64,000 nt of DNA from Vicinamibacterales bacterium (GTDB lineage Bacteria > Acidobacteriota > Vicinamibacteria > Vicinamibacterales > UBA2999): positions 108-64,107 of the forward strand of contig DASPNQ010000122.1 in NCBI GenBank assembly GCA_035626435.1, written 5' to 3'. Positions 28,113 through 38,231 of the stretch are shown here, in pieces. Under the pieces are notes generated by a model, which was not told the origin of the DNA, did not search any database, and saw only the letters and a list, made by a program, of their open reading frames with translations. A program made the translations under genes and the position numbers. Position 1 is the stretch's first letter. Every line of letters starts with the position of its first letter.

Positions 28113-29375
28113 ATGTCGTCTGATCCGATTGCGCTCGTTGACCACTTGTTCCGCAGACAGGCGGGGCAGATGGTCGCGACCCTGACGCGGGTACTCGGTC
28201 CATCGCATCTCGAACTCGCCGAGGATGCGGTGCAAGACGCGCTGATCGCCGCGATGCAGCAATGGCCGTTTCGCGGCGTGCCCGACCATCCCGAAGGGTG
28301 GCTGTTCCAGGTCGCGCGCAATCGCGCACTCGACCGGCTGCGCCACAGCAAGATGGCCGTCGACAAGCAGCCGGTGCTTGCGTACGGCTCGCCAACCATC
28401 GAGCCGCCGCCGGCGGCGCCGCTGTTGCGCCATGAACTGCCGCCCGTGGACGACGATCAACTCGGGTTGCTGTTCTTGACCTGTCATCCCGATTTGCCCG
28501 CTGAATCCCGAGTCGCGCTTGCGCTCAAACTCGTAGGCGGCTTCAGCGTCGGTGAGATCGCGCGGGCATTGCTGGCACAGGAACCGGCGATCGCGCAGCG
28601 CCTGGTTCGGGCCAAGCGTCAGTTGCGCGATGTTCAAGCGCCCTTCGGAATGCCCGAGCCTGCCGAATTGCCGGCTCGCGTCGATTCGGTGATCGACGCG
28701 CTGTACCTGATGTTCAACGAAGGGTACGCGGCCACGGCTGGTGAGTTCCTGATTCGTGACGATGTGGCTGCGGAAGCGATCCGGCTGGCGCGAATGGTCG
28801 CTGGACATCCCGCGACGAACAGGCCGCGTGCCTGGGCACTGCTGTCGCTGATGTTGCTCCACGGGGCCCGCTTTCCCGCGCGCGTCGACGGCGCCGGCGC
28901 GTTATTGCTGCTGTGCGACCAGGACCGCCGCCTATGGAACCACGCGATGATTGCTGAAGGGATGCGGGCGCTGGATCGCGCCTCGGACGGCGCCACGGTG
29001 ACCGCGTTGCATCTCGAGGCGGGCATTGCGGCCTGTCATGCCTGCGCGCCATCCTGGGAGGCGACCGATTGGCGGCAGATCGTCGACCTCTACGACGAAC
29101 TGCTGGCGCGGACGAAGTCGCCGGTGGTCGCGATGAATCGCGCGGTCGCACTGTCACGCGTTGAAGGCCCACTGTCCGGGCTGGCCGCCCTCGACGCCAT
29201 CGACCATCGTGGCACGCTCGACCGTCACCCTTTGTTCAAGGCGATTGAGGCGGAGCTGTGGCGCGAAGCCGGCGACGCGACTCGGGCCATCGACTGCTAC
29301 CGCGCGGCTGTCGGCCTCGCGCGTTCGGCGCCCGAGCACCGCTGGCTGACCGGGAGGTTATCGCTTCTCGTATAA
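28113..29375 (+). CDS. ECF-type sigma-70 family RNA polymerase sigma factor with a long C-terminal extension
   Basis: Region 2 (AEDAVQDALIAAMQQWPFRGVPDHPEGWLFQVARNRALDRLR) and region 4 (RVALALKLVGGFSVGEIARALLAQEPAIAQRLVRAKRQL). The YciI-sigma gene pairing is a well-known arrangement. Confidence 0.85.
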   Translation: MSSDPIALVDHLFRRQAGQMVATLTRVLGPSHLELAEDAVQDALIAAMQQWPFRGVPDHPEGWLFQVARNRALDRLRHSKMAVDKQPVLAYGSPTIEPPPAAPLLRHELPPVDDDQLGLLFLTCHPDLPAESRVALALKLVGGFSVGEIARALLAQEPAIAQRLVRAKRQLRDVQAPFGMPEPAELPARVDSVIDALYLMFNEGYAATAGEFLIRDDVAAEAIRLARMVAGHPATNRPRAWALLSLMLLHGARFPARVDGAGALLLLCDQDRRLWNHAMIAEGMRALDRASDGATVTALHLEAGIAACHACAPSWEATDWRQIVDLYDELLARTKSPVVAMNRAVALSRVEGPLSGLAALDAIDHRGTLDRHPLFKAIEAELWREAGDATRAIDCYRAAVGLARSAPEHRWLTGRLSLLV

Positions 29376-29384
29376 TCGACCCGC

Positions 29385-29981
29385 GTGGAGTACCTGATCA
29401 AACAGTACGCGCTCGAACCCGGCGCCTGGGAGATCCAGTACATCGAGGAATACTTCGGCGAATTTCCGCGCCGCAAGACCGCCGCGGAAATCATCGAGCG
29501 CCTGCGCGACCGCGAGTCTTTGATCCTGATGGCCGAAGCGCCGCTGCCGGACGATCCATCCGGTGCCCTGGTGCCGGTGTCCTACAAGATCGTCCACGAG
29601 ATTCGTGCCGACGAAAACGTCCCCAAGCTGCGCGACCTGGTGGCGCGGCTGCACGGCTCGGTGAACTTCGAAGGCCGGCGCATTCTCTATTCGTGGATTG
29701 GCGGCACCCGCCGGGACTGGCGCGGCCAGGGCCACTTCCGCGCGCTCACCGAGGAGTCGGAGGTCTGGGCCATCGGCGCTGGTTTCGAAGAAGTCGTCGT
29801 CAAGACCAAGAACCGCTACTACGACATGCGCGCCGTCCTCGCGCAGCTGCAGTTCAACATCGTCAAGGTCGAGCCGAACGCCCGCGACATCGCGGAATCG
29901 AAGGTCTACTTCAGCAAGTTGCTGCCCGCCGAGCTCGCGCGCAACCATCGCAGCGTGCGGACCGTCGTCTACGCAGAGTAA
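29385..29981 (+). CDS. GNAT-like acetyltransferase (tentative)
   Basis: RDWRGQGHFRAL resembles GNAT motif A. GTG start. Otherwise no strong family signature. Confidence 0.55.
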   Translation: MEYLIKQYALEPGAWEIQYIEEYFGEFPRRKTAAEIIERLRDRESLILMAEAPLPDDPSGALVPVSYKIVHEIRADENVPKLRDLVARLHGSVNFEGRRILYSWIGGTRRDWRGQGHFRALTEESEVWAIGAGFEEVVVKTKNRYYDMRAVLAQLQFNIVKVEPNARDIAESKVYFSKLLPAELARNHRSVRTVVYAE

Positions 29982-30006
29982 CAGCACGTCCACGCGTCGC
30001 GGCCGC

Positions 30007-32424
30007 CTACTCGGATTTCAGCGTCACGACCGGATCGATCTGCGTGCCGCGCCTGGCGGGCAGGTACGCCGCGACGATCGCGACCGCGGTCAGCATCACG
30101 CCGATGGCCACAAACGTCGTGGGATCGTTCGGGCCGACCTGATAGAGCAAGCCGCGCAGCAACCGCGTTGCCGGCACCGCCGCCAGCAGACCGAGCGCCA
30201 GGCCGAGCGCGACGATGCGCAGGTTCTGGCCGACCACCATCCGGATAATCTGAGAGGGCTTGGCGCCAAGGGCGACGCGAATGCCGAACTCGCGGGAGCG
30301 CTGCGACACGGAATAGGCGACGATGCCGTAGACGCCGAGCGCGGCGAGCAACAACGCGGCGCCGCCGAAAATGCTCATGGCGACCGCTGTCAGCCGCGGC
30401 CGCGCGATCGATTCCGCGAACACGTCGTCGAGCGGCCTTACCGCCGACACCGGCAGCAGCGGATCGATCTCGCGGATGATCCGCACGGCCGACGGGCCGA
30501 GGCGCGCCGGATCGCCGGTCGTCCGCACGACGAAATTCATCAGGCCGAACGCATATTGCCGTGACGACAGGTATACCGTCGGGCGAATGTCGCCCTCGAG
30601 CGTCGCCAGCCTGACGTCGCCCACCACGCCGATGATCTCGTGCGGCTTCGTGTTACCGAGATTGAGGATGAATTTGCGGCCGAGCGGATTGTCGCTGGGA
30701 TAAATCTGGCGGGCGAACGTTTCGTTGATGACCGCCACTGGATCCTTGTCGGCGGTATCACCATCGTTGACGTCCCGGCCGGCGAGCAGTGGAATGTTCA
30801 TGGCCGCAAAATAGCCGGGCGTTACCGGCCGCGCGTCGGCGACGGGCCGTTCGTTCGGCGCGGGCTGCGGCGCATCGGCGCGCCAGAACGACGTCGCCGG
30901 CCCGACCCCGGCGAGCGGCAGGAACGAGGTGCCGCCGACGTGCGTGACTTGCGGGAGCGCGCGCAGGCCGTTGATGACCCGCGTATAGAAGCCGTGCTGA
31001 AGATCGCTGTTGCCGTAGGTGCGCTGAGGCAGCGTGACGCGCAACGACAAAGCGGAGTCAGGCGTGAACCCAGGGTCGACGCGTTGCAACTGCATCAGGC
31101 TCCTGCCGAGCAGACCGGCGCCGCACAGGACCGTCAGCGCCAGCGCGATTTCCGCCATCACCAGTCCCTGACGCAGCAGGCTGCCGCGCCGTGATGCCGA
31201 GAGATGCTGCGCGCCTTCGCGAAGCGCGCCGATCAGCGATCCGCCGGTTGCGCCGATCGCCGGCGCGAGCCCGCACAGCGTCGTCGTCAGCATCGTCGCG
31301 ATTGCGGCGAACGCCAGGACGGCTGGGTCGACAGTGACTTGCGAGAGTAACGGAAGCGGCAGTCGCGATCCGAGCCATGTCGCGAGGCCGTCGAGTAACC
31401 ACGCCGCCAGCAGCACGCCGGCGACACCACCGGCGATCGACAGCAGCAGCGATTCGCAGATCAACTGGGTCAACAGCCGTCCGGTGCCGGCGCCGATCGC
31501 GGATCGAATCGCCAGCTCACGCCGCCGCGCGGACGCGCGCGTCAGCATCAGGCTGCCGATGTTGGCGCAGGCGATCAACAGCACCGCGCCGACCGCGCCG
31601 AACAGCACCAGTACCGCGAGCCGCACGTCGCCGACCAGCTGCTCTCGGAGGGGAACGAGGTTGATCGTCCACCCGGTGTTGAAATCGCTCCACTCGCGGG
31701 TGAGCGCCGCCATGACGCCCTCCATCTCGGCCTGCGCTTGATCGCGCGTGACCCCTGGCTTCAGCCGTCCGATGCCGACGAGACTCCGTCCGGTTGGCCG
31801 GCTCGTGGCAGGCGTCATCCGAAACGGCAAGTACACATCGGCTGGTAAACCGAAGATCTCGAACGTCCGCGGCATGACCGCGATCACCGTGACCGGCTCA
31901 CCGTTGATCGACACGTCGCGGCCGACGACAGTTGGATCACCGCCGAACTGCCGCTGCCAAAGCGCATGCGACAGTGCTACTGTGCGCGGGGCACCATCTT
32001 GATCTTCGCCGGCGGCAAATGGCCGGCCAAGGGCCGGCGCGACGCCAAGCACGTCGAAGATGTTCGCGGTGGCGATGATCGTCGCGAGTTCCTGCGGCTC
32101 GCCGCTGCCGGTCAGCGTGACGCGATTCTGCGTGAATGCCGCCATGCTGTCGAACGACTGGCTGCGCTCGCGCCACGCCAGGAAATTCGCGGGACTCACC
32201 ACATTCCGCGGCCGATTGCGCGCCAGGTGGTGTTCCCACATCACGACCAGCGAGTCCGCGTCCCCGTATGGCAGCGGCTTCATCAGCAGTGCATAGACGA
32301 CGCTGAACAGGGCGGTCGTCGAGCCAATCCCGATCGCGAGAGCCGCGATCGTGCAGATCGTGAACAGCGGTGTCCTGAACAACACGCGAACGCCGTGCTT
32401 GAGGTCCGAAACGACACTGGTCAT
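30007..32424 (-). CDS. ADOP-type (acidobacterial duplicated orphan permease) MacB/FtsX-like permease
   Basis: About 800 aa with two MacB-periplasmic plus FtsX 4-TM modules. N-terminal DLKHGVRVLFRTPLFTICTIAALAIGIG is the typical ADOP start. Confidence 0.9.
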   Translation of the reverse strand: MTSVVSDLKHGVRVLFRTPLFTICTIAALAIGIGSTTALFSVVYALLMKPLPYGDADSLVVMWEHHLARNRPRNVVSPANFLAWRERSQSFDSMAAFTQNRVTLTGSGEPQELATIIATANIFDVLGVAPALGRPFAAGEDQDGAPRTVALSHALWQRQFGGDPTVVGRDVSINGEPVTVIAVMPRTFEIFGLPADVYLPFRMTPATSRPTGRSLVGIGRLKPGVTRDQAQAEMEGVMAALTREWSDFNTGWTINLVPLREQLVGDVRLAVLVLFGAVGAVLLIACANIGSLMLTRASARRRELAIRSAIGAGTGRLLTQLICESLLLSIAGGVAGVLLAAWLLDGLATWLGSRLPLPLLSQVTVDPAVLAFAAIATMLTTTLCGLAPAIGATGGSLIGALREGAQHLSASRRGSLLRQGLVMAEIALALTVLCGAGLLGRSLMQLQRVDPGFTPDSALSLRVTLPQRTYGNSDLQHGFYTRVINGLRALPQVTHVGGTSFLPLAGVGPATSFWRADAPQPAPNERPVADARPVTPGYFAAMNIPLLAGRDVNDGDTADKDPVAVINETFARQIYPSDNPLGRKFILNLGNTKPHEIIGVVGDVRLATLEGDIRPTVYLSSRQYAFGLMNFVVRTTGDPARLGPSAVRIIREIDPLLPVSAVRPLDDVFAESIARPRLTAVAMSIFGGAALLLAALGVYGIVAYSVSQRSREFGIRVALGAKPSQIIRMVVGQNLRIVALGLALGLLAAVPATRLLRGLLYQVGPNDPTTFVAIGVMLTAVAIVAAYLPARRGTQIDPVVTLKSE

Positions 32425-33833
32425 GGCTGCGTTCCTGGCATGACAAAGGGCGGTGCGGCGGGTTCTGCCGCGCAGCGTTGATCAAGGCCTCGAGGCGTGG
32501 CGTTGTCGAGGAACTGCCGCACCATGCGGCCGATGCACGCCTCGGCATTGCCAATCGGGTGACCGTTATTGCGAATGACGACATGCACGCCGTTCGGCAG
32601 CCCGCGCACGACCTCGTCGCCGAATGCCGGCGGGGTCACCGGGTCCCATTCGCCTGAGAGAAGCAGTGTCGGAATCGCCGAGCGCGTGGGCTGGCGATGC
32701 TGCCTCGAGACGCGGCCACGCGGCCATTCGCGGCACGCGGCCCGTTGCTGCTCGAGCCGGTAGGCGCCGCCAAACGTCGGTGCGGCCGCCGCGTCGGCGC
32801 GCTTCGACAGGTACGGCACATCTTCCGTGCACGATACCGACAGGAAGAAGCCTGCGGCGAGACGTTCGCCTCCGAGCACGGTGCGCCCCGACAACGCGAT
32901 TGCGGCGAGTCGGAGTCGATCGCCATCCAACAGCTGCCGCACCAACGCCGGCGCCTGCGCCGAACCTTCGGGCGTGTACAACACATTGCGAAACGCCTCG
33001 GCAAACAACCCGCGCGTCACGGTGATCCGCGCCGCGGGCTGCTCGCCGCTGGCCGGCACGGAGAGTACCGGGGTGTTTTCGAGTTGCGTCAGCAGCTGCC
33101 GGAAGTCCGCGTCGAGTGTGGGATATGCCGCAGCGCATGCTGCGTCGGCGCGGCACCGTGCAACCAGTGATTGCCACGCGTGCTCGCCAGACGGCGCATG
33201 CATTTCGGGAGACGCGCCAGATGGCGGCACAATCCCTTTCATCGTTACGGCGCGAAGACTTTGCGGGTAACGGCGCATGTAGACCTGCGCGACACGGCTT
33301 CCGTACGAGGTGCCGTACAAGTTGATCCGTCCATATCCGAGGCGCTGCCGGACCTCCTCGAGATCGTCGACCGCGATCTCGGTGGTGTATTGACGGAGAT
33401 CCGCGGTCTTCTCGAGTCGCTTGCGGCACGCTCGGATCGCGGCCACGCTCAGCAAATCCGAGTCGTAGACGCCGTCGTCACCGGGCTTGGCGAGCTCGGG
33501 GCACAACAGCGGCGACGATCTGCCGGTGCCGCGCAGATCGACGAGCACCAGATCGCGGGTTCGACGGGCGTCCTGAAAGGCGCGGCTGAAAAAGCGAGCG
33601 TTGAACGAGGGTGCGTCTCCGGGCCCGCCCGACAACAGGAAGAACGGATCCGGCGCGCGGTTCGCCGTATCGAGTGCGGGTAAGACGATGATGGACAGAT
33701 CGATCTGACGGCCTTTCCTGGCGGCGCGATCCTCCCAGACGCGATAGGTCCCGCACCTGGCGTCGCCCGCGACACCCTCCAGCGTGCATGGGGCCAGCGC
33801 GATCTGTAGCGACAACGCCGCCGCGAGCATCAC
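32421..33833 (-). CDS. Secreted S33-type alpha/beta hydrolase (tripeptidyl/prolyl aminopeptidase-like)
   Basis: GGPGDAP oxyanion block and LYGTSYGSRVAQ nucleophile elbow. 4-bp overlaps with both neighbouring genes. Confidence 0.8.
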   Translation of the reverse strand: MMLAAALSLQIALAPCTLEGVAGDARCGTYRVWEDRAARKGRQIDLSIIVLPALDTANRAPDPFFLLSGGPGDAPSFNARFFSRAFQDARRTRDLVLVDLRGTGRSSPLLCPELAKPGDDGVYDSDLLSVAAIRACRKRLEKTADLRQYTTEIAVDDLEEVRQRLGYGRINLYGTSYGSRVAQVYMRRYPQSLRAVTMKGIVPPSGASPEMHAPSGEHAWQSLVARCRADAACAAAYPTLDADFRQLLTQLENTPVLSVPASGEQPAARITVTRGLFAEAFRNVLYTPEGSAQAPALVRQLLDGDRLRLAAIALSGRTVLGGERLAAGFFLSVSCTEDVPYLSKRADAAAAPTFGGAYRLEQQRAACREWPRGRVSRQHRQPTRSAIPTLLLSGEWDPVTPPAFGDEVVRGLPNGVHVVIRNNGHPIGNAEACIGRMVRQFLDNATPRGLDQRCAAEPAAPPFVMPGTQP

Positions 33834-35236
33834 TGCAGCCGCCCCAGCAGGAACAGGCCGGCGACCGCCTTCTCGCGCACCTGCGGGTCCGGATCTTTCG
33901 CGGCTCTGGTCAATGCGGGAATGGCCCGTGGATCACCGCTCGCGCCGAGCGCGATGGCCGCTTTCTCACGTACTTGCGAATCCGTATCTTCAATGGCGGT
34001 GAGCAGTGGAGCGATGATCCGCGGATCGCGTCGGAATGCCAGGCCAATCGCCGCTTTCTCGCGCACCTGTGCGTCGGCATCCTGCAGCGCGCCGAGCAGC
34101 GCTTCCACCACACCCGCGCCAGGCGTCAGCGCGAGTCCGATTGCCGCCTGTTCGCGCACCTGCCGATTGCCGTCACGGAGGGCGTCGACCAGCGCGCCGA
34201 TGACGGGGGTCGAAGACTTGTCCGCGTCCAAGCCCATCACTTCCTGCGCTTTGATGAGCGGCTTTGGCGATGCGATCGGTGCTGGCCGGTCGGCCTGGGC
34301 TCCGAGGATCGCGGTGGTGATGCCGAGCACGCCGGCCGCCACGAGCCAGCGCGTCGATCGACGAGGCGTGCGAACGGCATCCGCGAGGATCGCGATCAGC
34401 CGGCCTTCCATCGTGGAGGGCCGGGCCATGCTGAGCGCAGCGGCCGGCGTCCATGAGTGACGAGCGGACCTGGCAAGATTCAGCAACAGCGACGCGTACT
34501 CCGAGGGCCTCGCGCCAAATCGCAACACCGCGTCGTCGCACGCCCGCTCGCGCTCGCGCGCGAGTCCGGCGGCGGCCCGCCACACCAGCGGATTGAACCA
34601 GTAGATCGCGCACGCGGCGTGCGCAATCGCCTGAGTCAGTCGATCGCGGCGCCGGATGTGCGTCAGTTCGTGCACCAGTGCGGACTGCCGTAGTTCGACA
34701 CTCCACCCGGTCGCCGAAGGTGGCAGCATCACCACGGAGCCGAACAGCCCGGCGACATGCGGACTACCCTCGCGCCGCATTTGCCTGACGGTGACGATGC
34801 TCGTCACGCCCAGCCGCCTGGCGAGTGCTCGTGCCTCGTTCAGCCACTGCTCAGGAGCGGCAACGGAGCCGCGCCACACCGACAGGCCGCTCAACAGCCA
34901 GCACAGCAGGAACCACGCCGCCGTTAGCGCTGTGCCCAGCGCGCCAATGGCCGCAGCCGTTTCTCTCGCGCTGTTTTGCCCGGATTCGGTGTTCAATGGC
35001 AGCAGCGTCAGCGGCGTCTCGTCAAACGAGGCTACCGGTACATCTGCGACGACCGGCCCTATCGGTACGGTGAACGACGGCGCAACCGCCATCAGCACCG
35101 GCGCCAGCAACACCACCACGATCGAGATGTGCCAGACGAGATGCCGCGTCGACGGCGCGGCGCGACGCAACAGCGCGGCGACCATCGACCCCGACATCAA
35201 CACCGCGCTGGTCTTGACGATCAGTTCCAGATCCAT
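33830..35236 (-). CDS. BlaR1-type M56 metallopeptidase signal transducer with a C-terminal HEAT-repeat domain
   Basis: HELTHIRRRD zinc motif within a multi-TM N-half. C-terminal VREQAAIGLA / VREKAAIGLA / VREKAAIALG / VREKAVAGL repeats. Confidence 0.85.
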   Translation of the reverse strand: MDLELIVKTSAVLMSGSMVAALLRRAAPSTRHLVWHISIVVVLLAPVLMAVAPSFTVPIGPVVADVPVASFDETPLTLLPLNTESGQNSARETAAAIGALGTALTAAWFLLCWLLSGLSVWRGSVAAPEQWLNEARALARRLGVTSIVTVRQMRREGSPHVAGLFGSVVMLPPSATGWSVELRQSALVHELTHIRRRDRLTQAIAHAACAIYWFNPLVWRAAAGLARERERACDDAVLRFGARPSEYASLLLNLARSARHSWTPAAALSMARPSTMEGRLIAILADAVRTPRRSTRWLVAAGVLGITTAILGAQADRPAPIASPKPLIKAQEVMGLDADKSSTPVIGALVDALRDGNRQVREQAAIGLALTPGAGVVEALLGALQDADAQVREKAAIGLAFRRDPRIIAPLLTAIEDTDSQVREKAAIALGASGDPRAIPALTRAAKDPDPQVREKAVAGLFLLGRLQ

Positions 35237-35658
35237 CAGCGGCCTTCCTTTCGGGCGCGATCGATCAAGGCGGACAACCGCGAGAGCTCCTCGTCCGATA
35301 ACGATCCCGAATCGACCAGCGCCGCCGCGGCCTGCGCGGCAGAGCCGTCGAAAAACGTCTGCACGATCCGCGTCAGCGCGGAGTCGCGCGCGCTCTCACG
35401 GGGCACGGACGGGACGTAGACGTAGCGGGTGCCCTGACTTTCGTGACGTGCGTGGCCCTTGTCTTCGAGGATGCGCAGCAACGCGCGAACCGCCGAGTAG
35501 CTTGGCGGATCGGGCAGCGCCTCCCGCACTTCCGCAGCTGTCGCCGAGCCCTTGGCGTAGAGGATGTCGAGAATCTGCCGCTCGCGACGCGACAGCATTT
35601 CGCCGGCGGTCATCGGCGATCTCCGTTGACGCGGGCGAGGAGAATGAGTTGCCGCCAA
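35236..35658 (-). CDS. BlaI/MecI/CopY-family transcriptional repressor
   Basis: LSRRERQILDILYAKGSATAAEVREAL...YSAVRALLRILEDKGH is a winged-helix penicillinase-repressor pattern. Its stop overlaps the blaR1-like start. Confidence 0.9.
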   Translation of the reverse strand: MAATHSPRPRQRRSPMTAGEMLSRRERQILDILYAKGSATAAEVREALPDPPSYSAVRALLRILEDKGHARHESQGTRYVYVPSVPRESARDSALTRIVQTFFDGSAAQAAAALVDSGSLSDEELSRLSALIDRARKEGR

Positions 35659-35662
35659 ATTT

Positions 35663-35686
35663 TTAGCATCTGCTAATTATTTAGCA
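35663..35686. promoter_or_regulatory. Candidate BlaI operator: perfect 6-2-6 palindrome TTAGCA-TC-TGCTAA followed 4 bp later by a third TTAGCA half-site
   Basis: Read directly, 5-28 bp upstream of the blaI-like start codon in an AT-rich patch. Function is inferred from position only. Confidence 0.4.
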
Positions 35687-35810
35687 TTACGAGCGATCGC
35701 ATGCAAGGGTTCCCGACAAATCAATTACTTGCCGACGACCAGATTGGTCGGATATGCTGAACCTCTCGAACTGAGACTGATTCTCATTTCCCACGCCGAG
35801 TTCGCACCGT

Positions 35811-36593
35811 ATGTTGCAAGCATTCGTCATCACGCTCCGAGAAGGTCTCGAAGCCTTCCTCATCATTGCCATCAGCCTCGCTTACCTGCGCAAGAGCGGC
35901 CGCCGCGAACTGATCCCGGCCGTGCATTGGGGCATTGGCTTGTCGGTGCTGCTCAGCGTCGGCGCCGCGTACCTGTTCCAGCAGGCCTCGAATCAGGCGT
36001 TGTGGGAGGGCATCCTCGCGCTGGTCGCTGCGGTATCGGTCGCGTCGTTGACGGTGCACATGTGGCGGACCGCGAAGAAGATCAAGAGCGAGATTGAGGG
36101 ACATCTGCGGCAGGAAGCAGCGAAAAGCGGCACGGCCGCGTGGATCGGCGTGTTCCTGTTCACGCTGCTGATGATTTCCCGCGAAGGCATGGAGACGGCG
36201 TTGTTGATGGGCACGCTACTCACGCAGATCCAGGCTTACTCGATCATCCTCGGCGCTGTCGCCGGCACGCTTGCCGCCGCCGCCGTTGCCGCGTTGTGGT
36301 CGCGCTACGGCCACCGCGTCAATCTCGCGTTGTTCTTTCAGGTGACCGCGGTGTTCCTGCTGATTTTCGTCGCGCAGTTGCTGATCTACGGCTTCCACGA
36401 GCTCACCGAAGCGAACCTCTTTCCCGGCAGCGAGGCGCTGCATTGGGCGACGGAACCGTACGGTCCGGACGGCATTTATGGTCAATACCTGACCTATCTC
36501 CTCGTCGCCGGACCCCTCGCGTGGCTGTTGTTCGCCATGGCCACCGGCACCGGCAAGGCGCCGTCGCGCCACACGGCCGGACGCGCGGCCTGA
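35811..36593 (+). CDS. FTR1/EfeU-family iron permease
   Basis: Two REXXE motifs (REGLEAF and REGMETAL) in a multi-TM protein. Confidence 0.85.
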   Translation: MLQAFVITLREGLEAFLIIAISLAYLRKSGRRELIPAVHWGIGLSVLLSVGAAYLFQQASNQALWEGILALVAAVSVASLTVHMWRTAKKIKSEIEGHLRQEAAKSGTAAWIGVFLFTLLMISREGMETALLMGTLLTQIQAYSIILGAVAGTLAAAAVAALWSRYGHRVNLALFFQVTAVFLLIFVAQLLIYGFHELTEANLFPGSEALHWATEPYGPDGIYGQYLTYLLVAGPLAWLLFAMATGTGKAPSRHTAGRAA

Positions 36594-36648
36594 GCCGATC
36601 CGCCGTCGTGCCGAAGGCGCGAAGCCGGACGGCGATCGCTGCTACGCT

Positions 36649-37062
36649 GTGGCGGTGACCAAGCCGCCGATCACGGCGACGCTGACTTGGCAGGGCGGGC
36701 TGAAGTTCCGCGCGGCCACGACGCGATCCGCAATCACTCTCGACAGCGACGGCCGCGACGGTCCCTCGCCACCCGAAGCGGTGGCGATGGCGCTGGCAGG
36801 CTGCATGGCGATCGATCTCGCCGACATCATCGTCAAGGGCCGCCATCCGCTGACCTCGCTGGAAGCCCGGGTCAGCGGCAACCGCCAAGAGGACCCGCCG
36901 CGGCACTTTCTGCGTTTCACGTTGGTGTTCATCGTTGGCGGCGACGTGCCGCCGCACGCCATTCAACGCGCCATCGACCTGTCGCGCGAGAAGTACTGCT
37001 CGGTCTGGCATTCGCTGCGGCGTGACATCGACCTCGAGACCAGCTTCGAGGTCCACGCCTGA
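36649..37062 (+). CDS. OsmC-family peroxiredoxin-like protein
   Basis: GPSPPEAVAMALAGCMAIDL and REKYCSVWHSL contain the two conserved Cys blocks. Confidence 0.85.
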   Translation: MAVTKPPITATLTWQGGLKFRAATTRSAITLDSDGRDGPSPPEAVAMALAGCMAIDLADIIVKGRHPLTSLEARVSGNRQEDPPRHFLRFTLVFIVGGDVPPHAIQRAIDLSREKYCSVWHSLRRDIDLETSFEVHA

Positions 37063-37100
37063 GCACCGCCGCGCCGCCGCGGAAGGCCTACCTCGATTGG

Positions 37101-38171
37101 TTGCGTGGCATCGCGGTGGTGGTGATGGTCGGCGCACACGTGATCGACGCGTGGACACGACCGGAGGATCGCAGCCGCACGCTCTACATGTACACGGTGT
37201 TCGTTGCCGGTCTGGCGTCGCCGTTGTTCCTGTTCCTTGCTGGGCTGACTCTGGCGATGGCCGCATCGGCGCGCGCGACGAAGCTCGGACACGCCGCGGC
37301 GGCGTCGACGGCACGCTGGCGCGGCTTGCAGATCTTCGCGCTGGCCTTCCTGTTCCGCCTGCAATCGCAACTGCTTGGCTGGGGCTCGCTCAGCAACTTT
37401 CTCAAGGTCGACATCCTCAACGTGATGGGGGTCGCGATGATGCTGGCGGCGCTGCTCTGGGGGCTCTCGCAACAGCGTGGCCTGCGCATCCTGCTGTTTG
37501 CGGTGGCCGCCGTGGTCGTGACGATGACGACGCCGTTGATTCGCGAATGGGGCGCGCTGTCGGCATTGCCCGACGCGATCGAGGCCTACCTTCGTCCGCT
37601 TCCGGGCCGGACCAACTTCGCGCTCTTTCCATGGATGGGATTCCTGTTGGCCGGCGCCGTCGCCGGTGAGCTGGTCTATGCCGCGCGGTCGGCGCGCAGC
37701 GAGCGGCGCCTGCACATTGCGTTGCTGTTCGCCGGAGTGGCCGGCGCGATCCTGGCCCACGAAGCGTCGTTTCGGCCGTCGATTTACCCGGTCTCGAATT
37801 TCTGGACCAGCTCGCCGACGTTCTTCTTCATTCGGCTCGGCATCTGTACGGCGATGCTGCCCATCGCGAAGATGGTCGATGCATTGCACGGTCTGATCCG
37901 CGCGTGGATCCGCGACCTGCCTCCCGGCGCGCCGGGTGTCGTCATCACGACGCTCGGACGATCGTCGCTGTTCGTGTACTGGATTCACGTCGAGATGGCC
38001 TACGGAGCCATCGCGACCCCGCTCAAGCGGGCGCTGCCCCTCGAAGCGGCGCTGGTTGCGACGGTGTTGCTGTGCGGCGCGCTCTACGCCATCACGCGCT
38101 GGAAGGACCGGAAGATGCAGGACGTGGAGCTGACGGGCGCGCTCCGCATTCTCGCGCCCGTTTTGAAATAG
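37101..38171 (+). CDS. DUF1624 / heparan-alpha-glucosaminide N-acetyltransferase-like membrane acyltransferase
   Basis: The LDWLRGIAVVVMVGAHV start motif and multi-TM character. The true start may be a non-canonical codon slightly upstream of the TTG at 37101. Confidence 0.7.
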   Translation: MRGIAVVVMVGAHVIDAWTRPEDRSRTLYMYTVFVAGLASPLFLFLAGLTLAMAASARATKLGHAAAASTARWRGLQIFALAFLFRLQSQLLGWGSLSNFLKVDILNVMGVAMMLAALLWGLSQQRGLRILLFAVAAVVVTMTTPLIREWGALSALPDAIEAYLRPLPGRTNFALFPWMGFLLAGAVAGELVYAARSARSERRLHIALLFAGVAGAILAHEASFRPSIYPVSNFWTSSPTFFFIRLGICTAMLPIAKMVDALHGLIRAWIRDLPPGAPGVVITTLGRSSLFVYWIHVEMAYGAIATPLKRALPLEAALVATVLLCGALYAITRWKDRKMQDVELTGALRILAPVLK

Positions 38172-38231
38172 CTGACAACTAACCTGACGGCTGATACTGA
38201 AAGCTGATAGCTGACAGCTGATAGCTGATCA
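38171..38231 (-). repeat. About nine tandem heptamers, GCTGA on the + strand (TCAGC family, inverted orientation)
   Basis: gctgaca actaac ctgacgg ctgatac tgaaag ctgatag ctgacag ctgatag ctgatca. Occupies the entire spacer between two convergent stop codons. Confidence 0.9.

Noticed and set aside
36963-37988. 341-aa - strand ORF
   Set aside because: It is antisense to the DUF1624-like membrane protein gene. It is extremely Arg/Glu/Gln-rich and has no TM or domain pattern.
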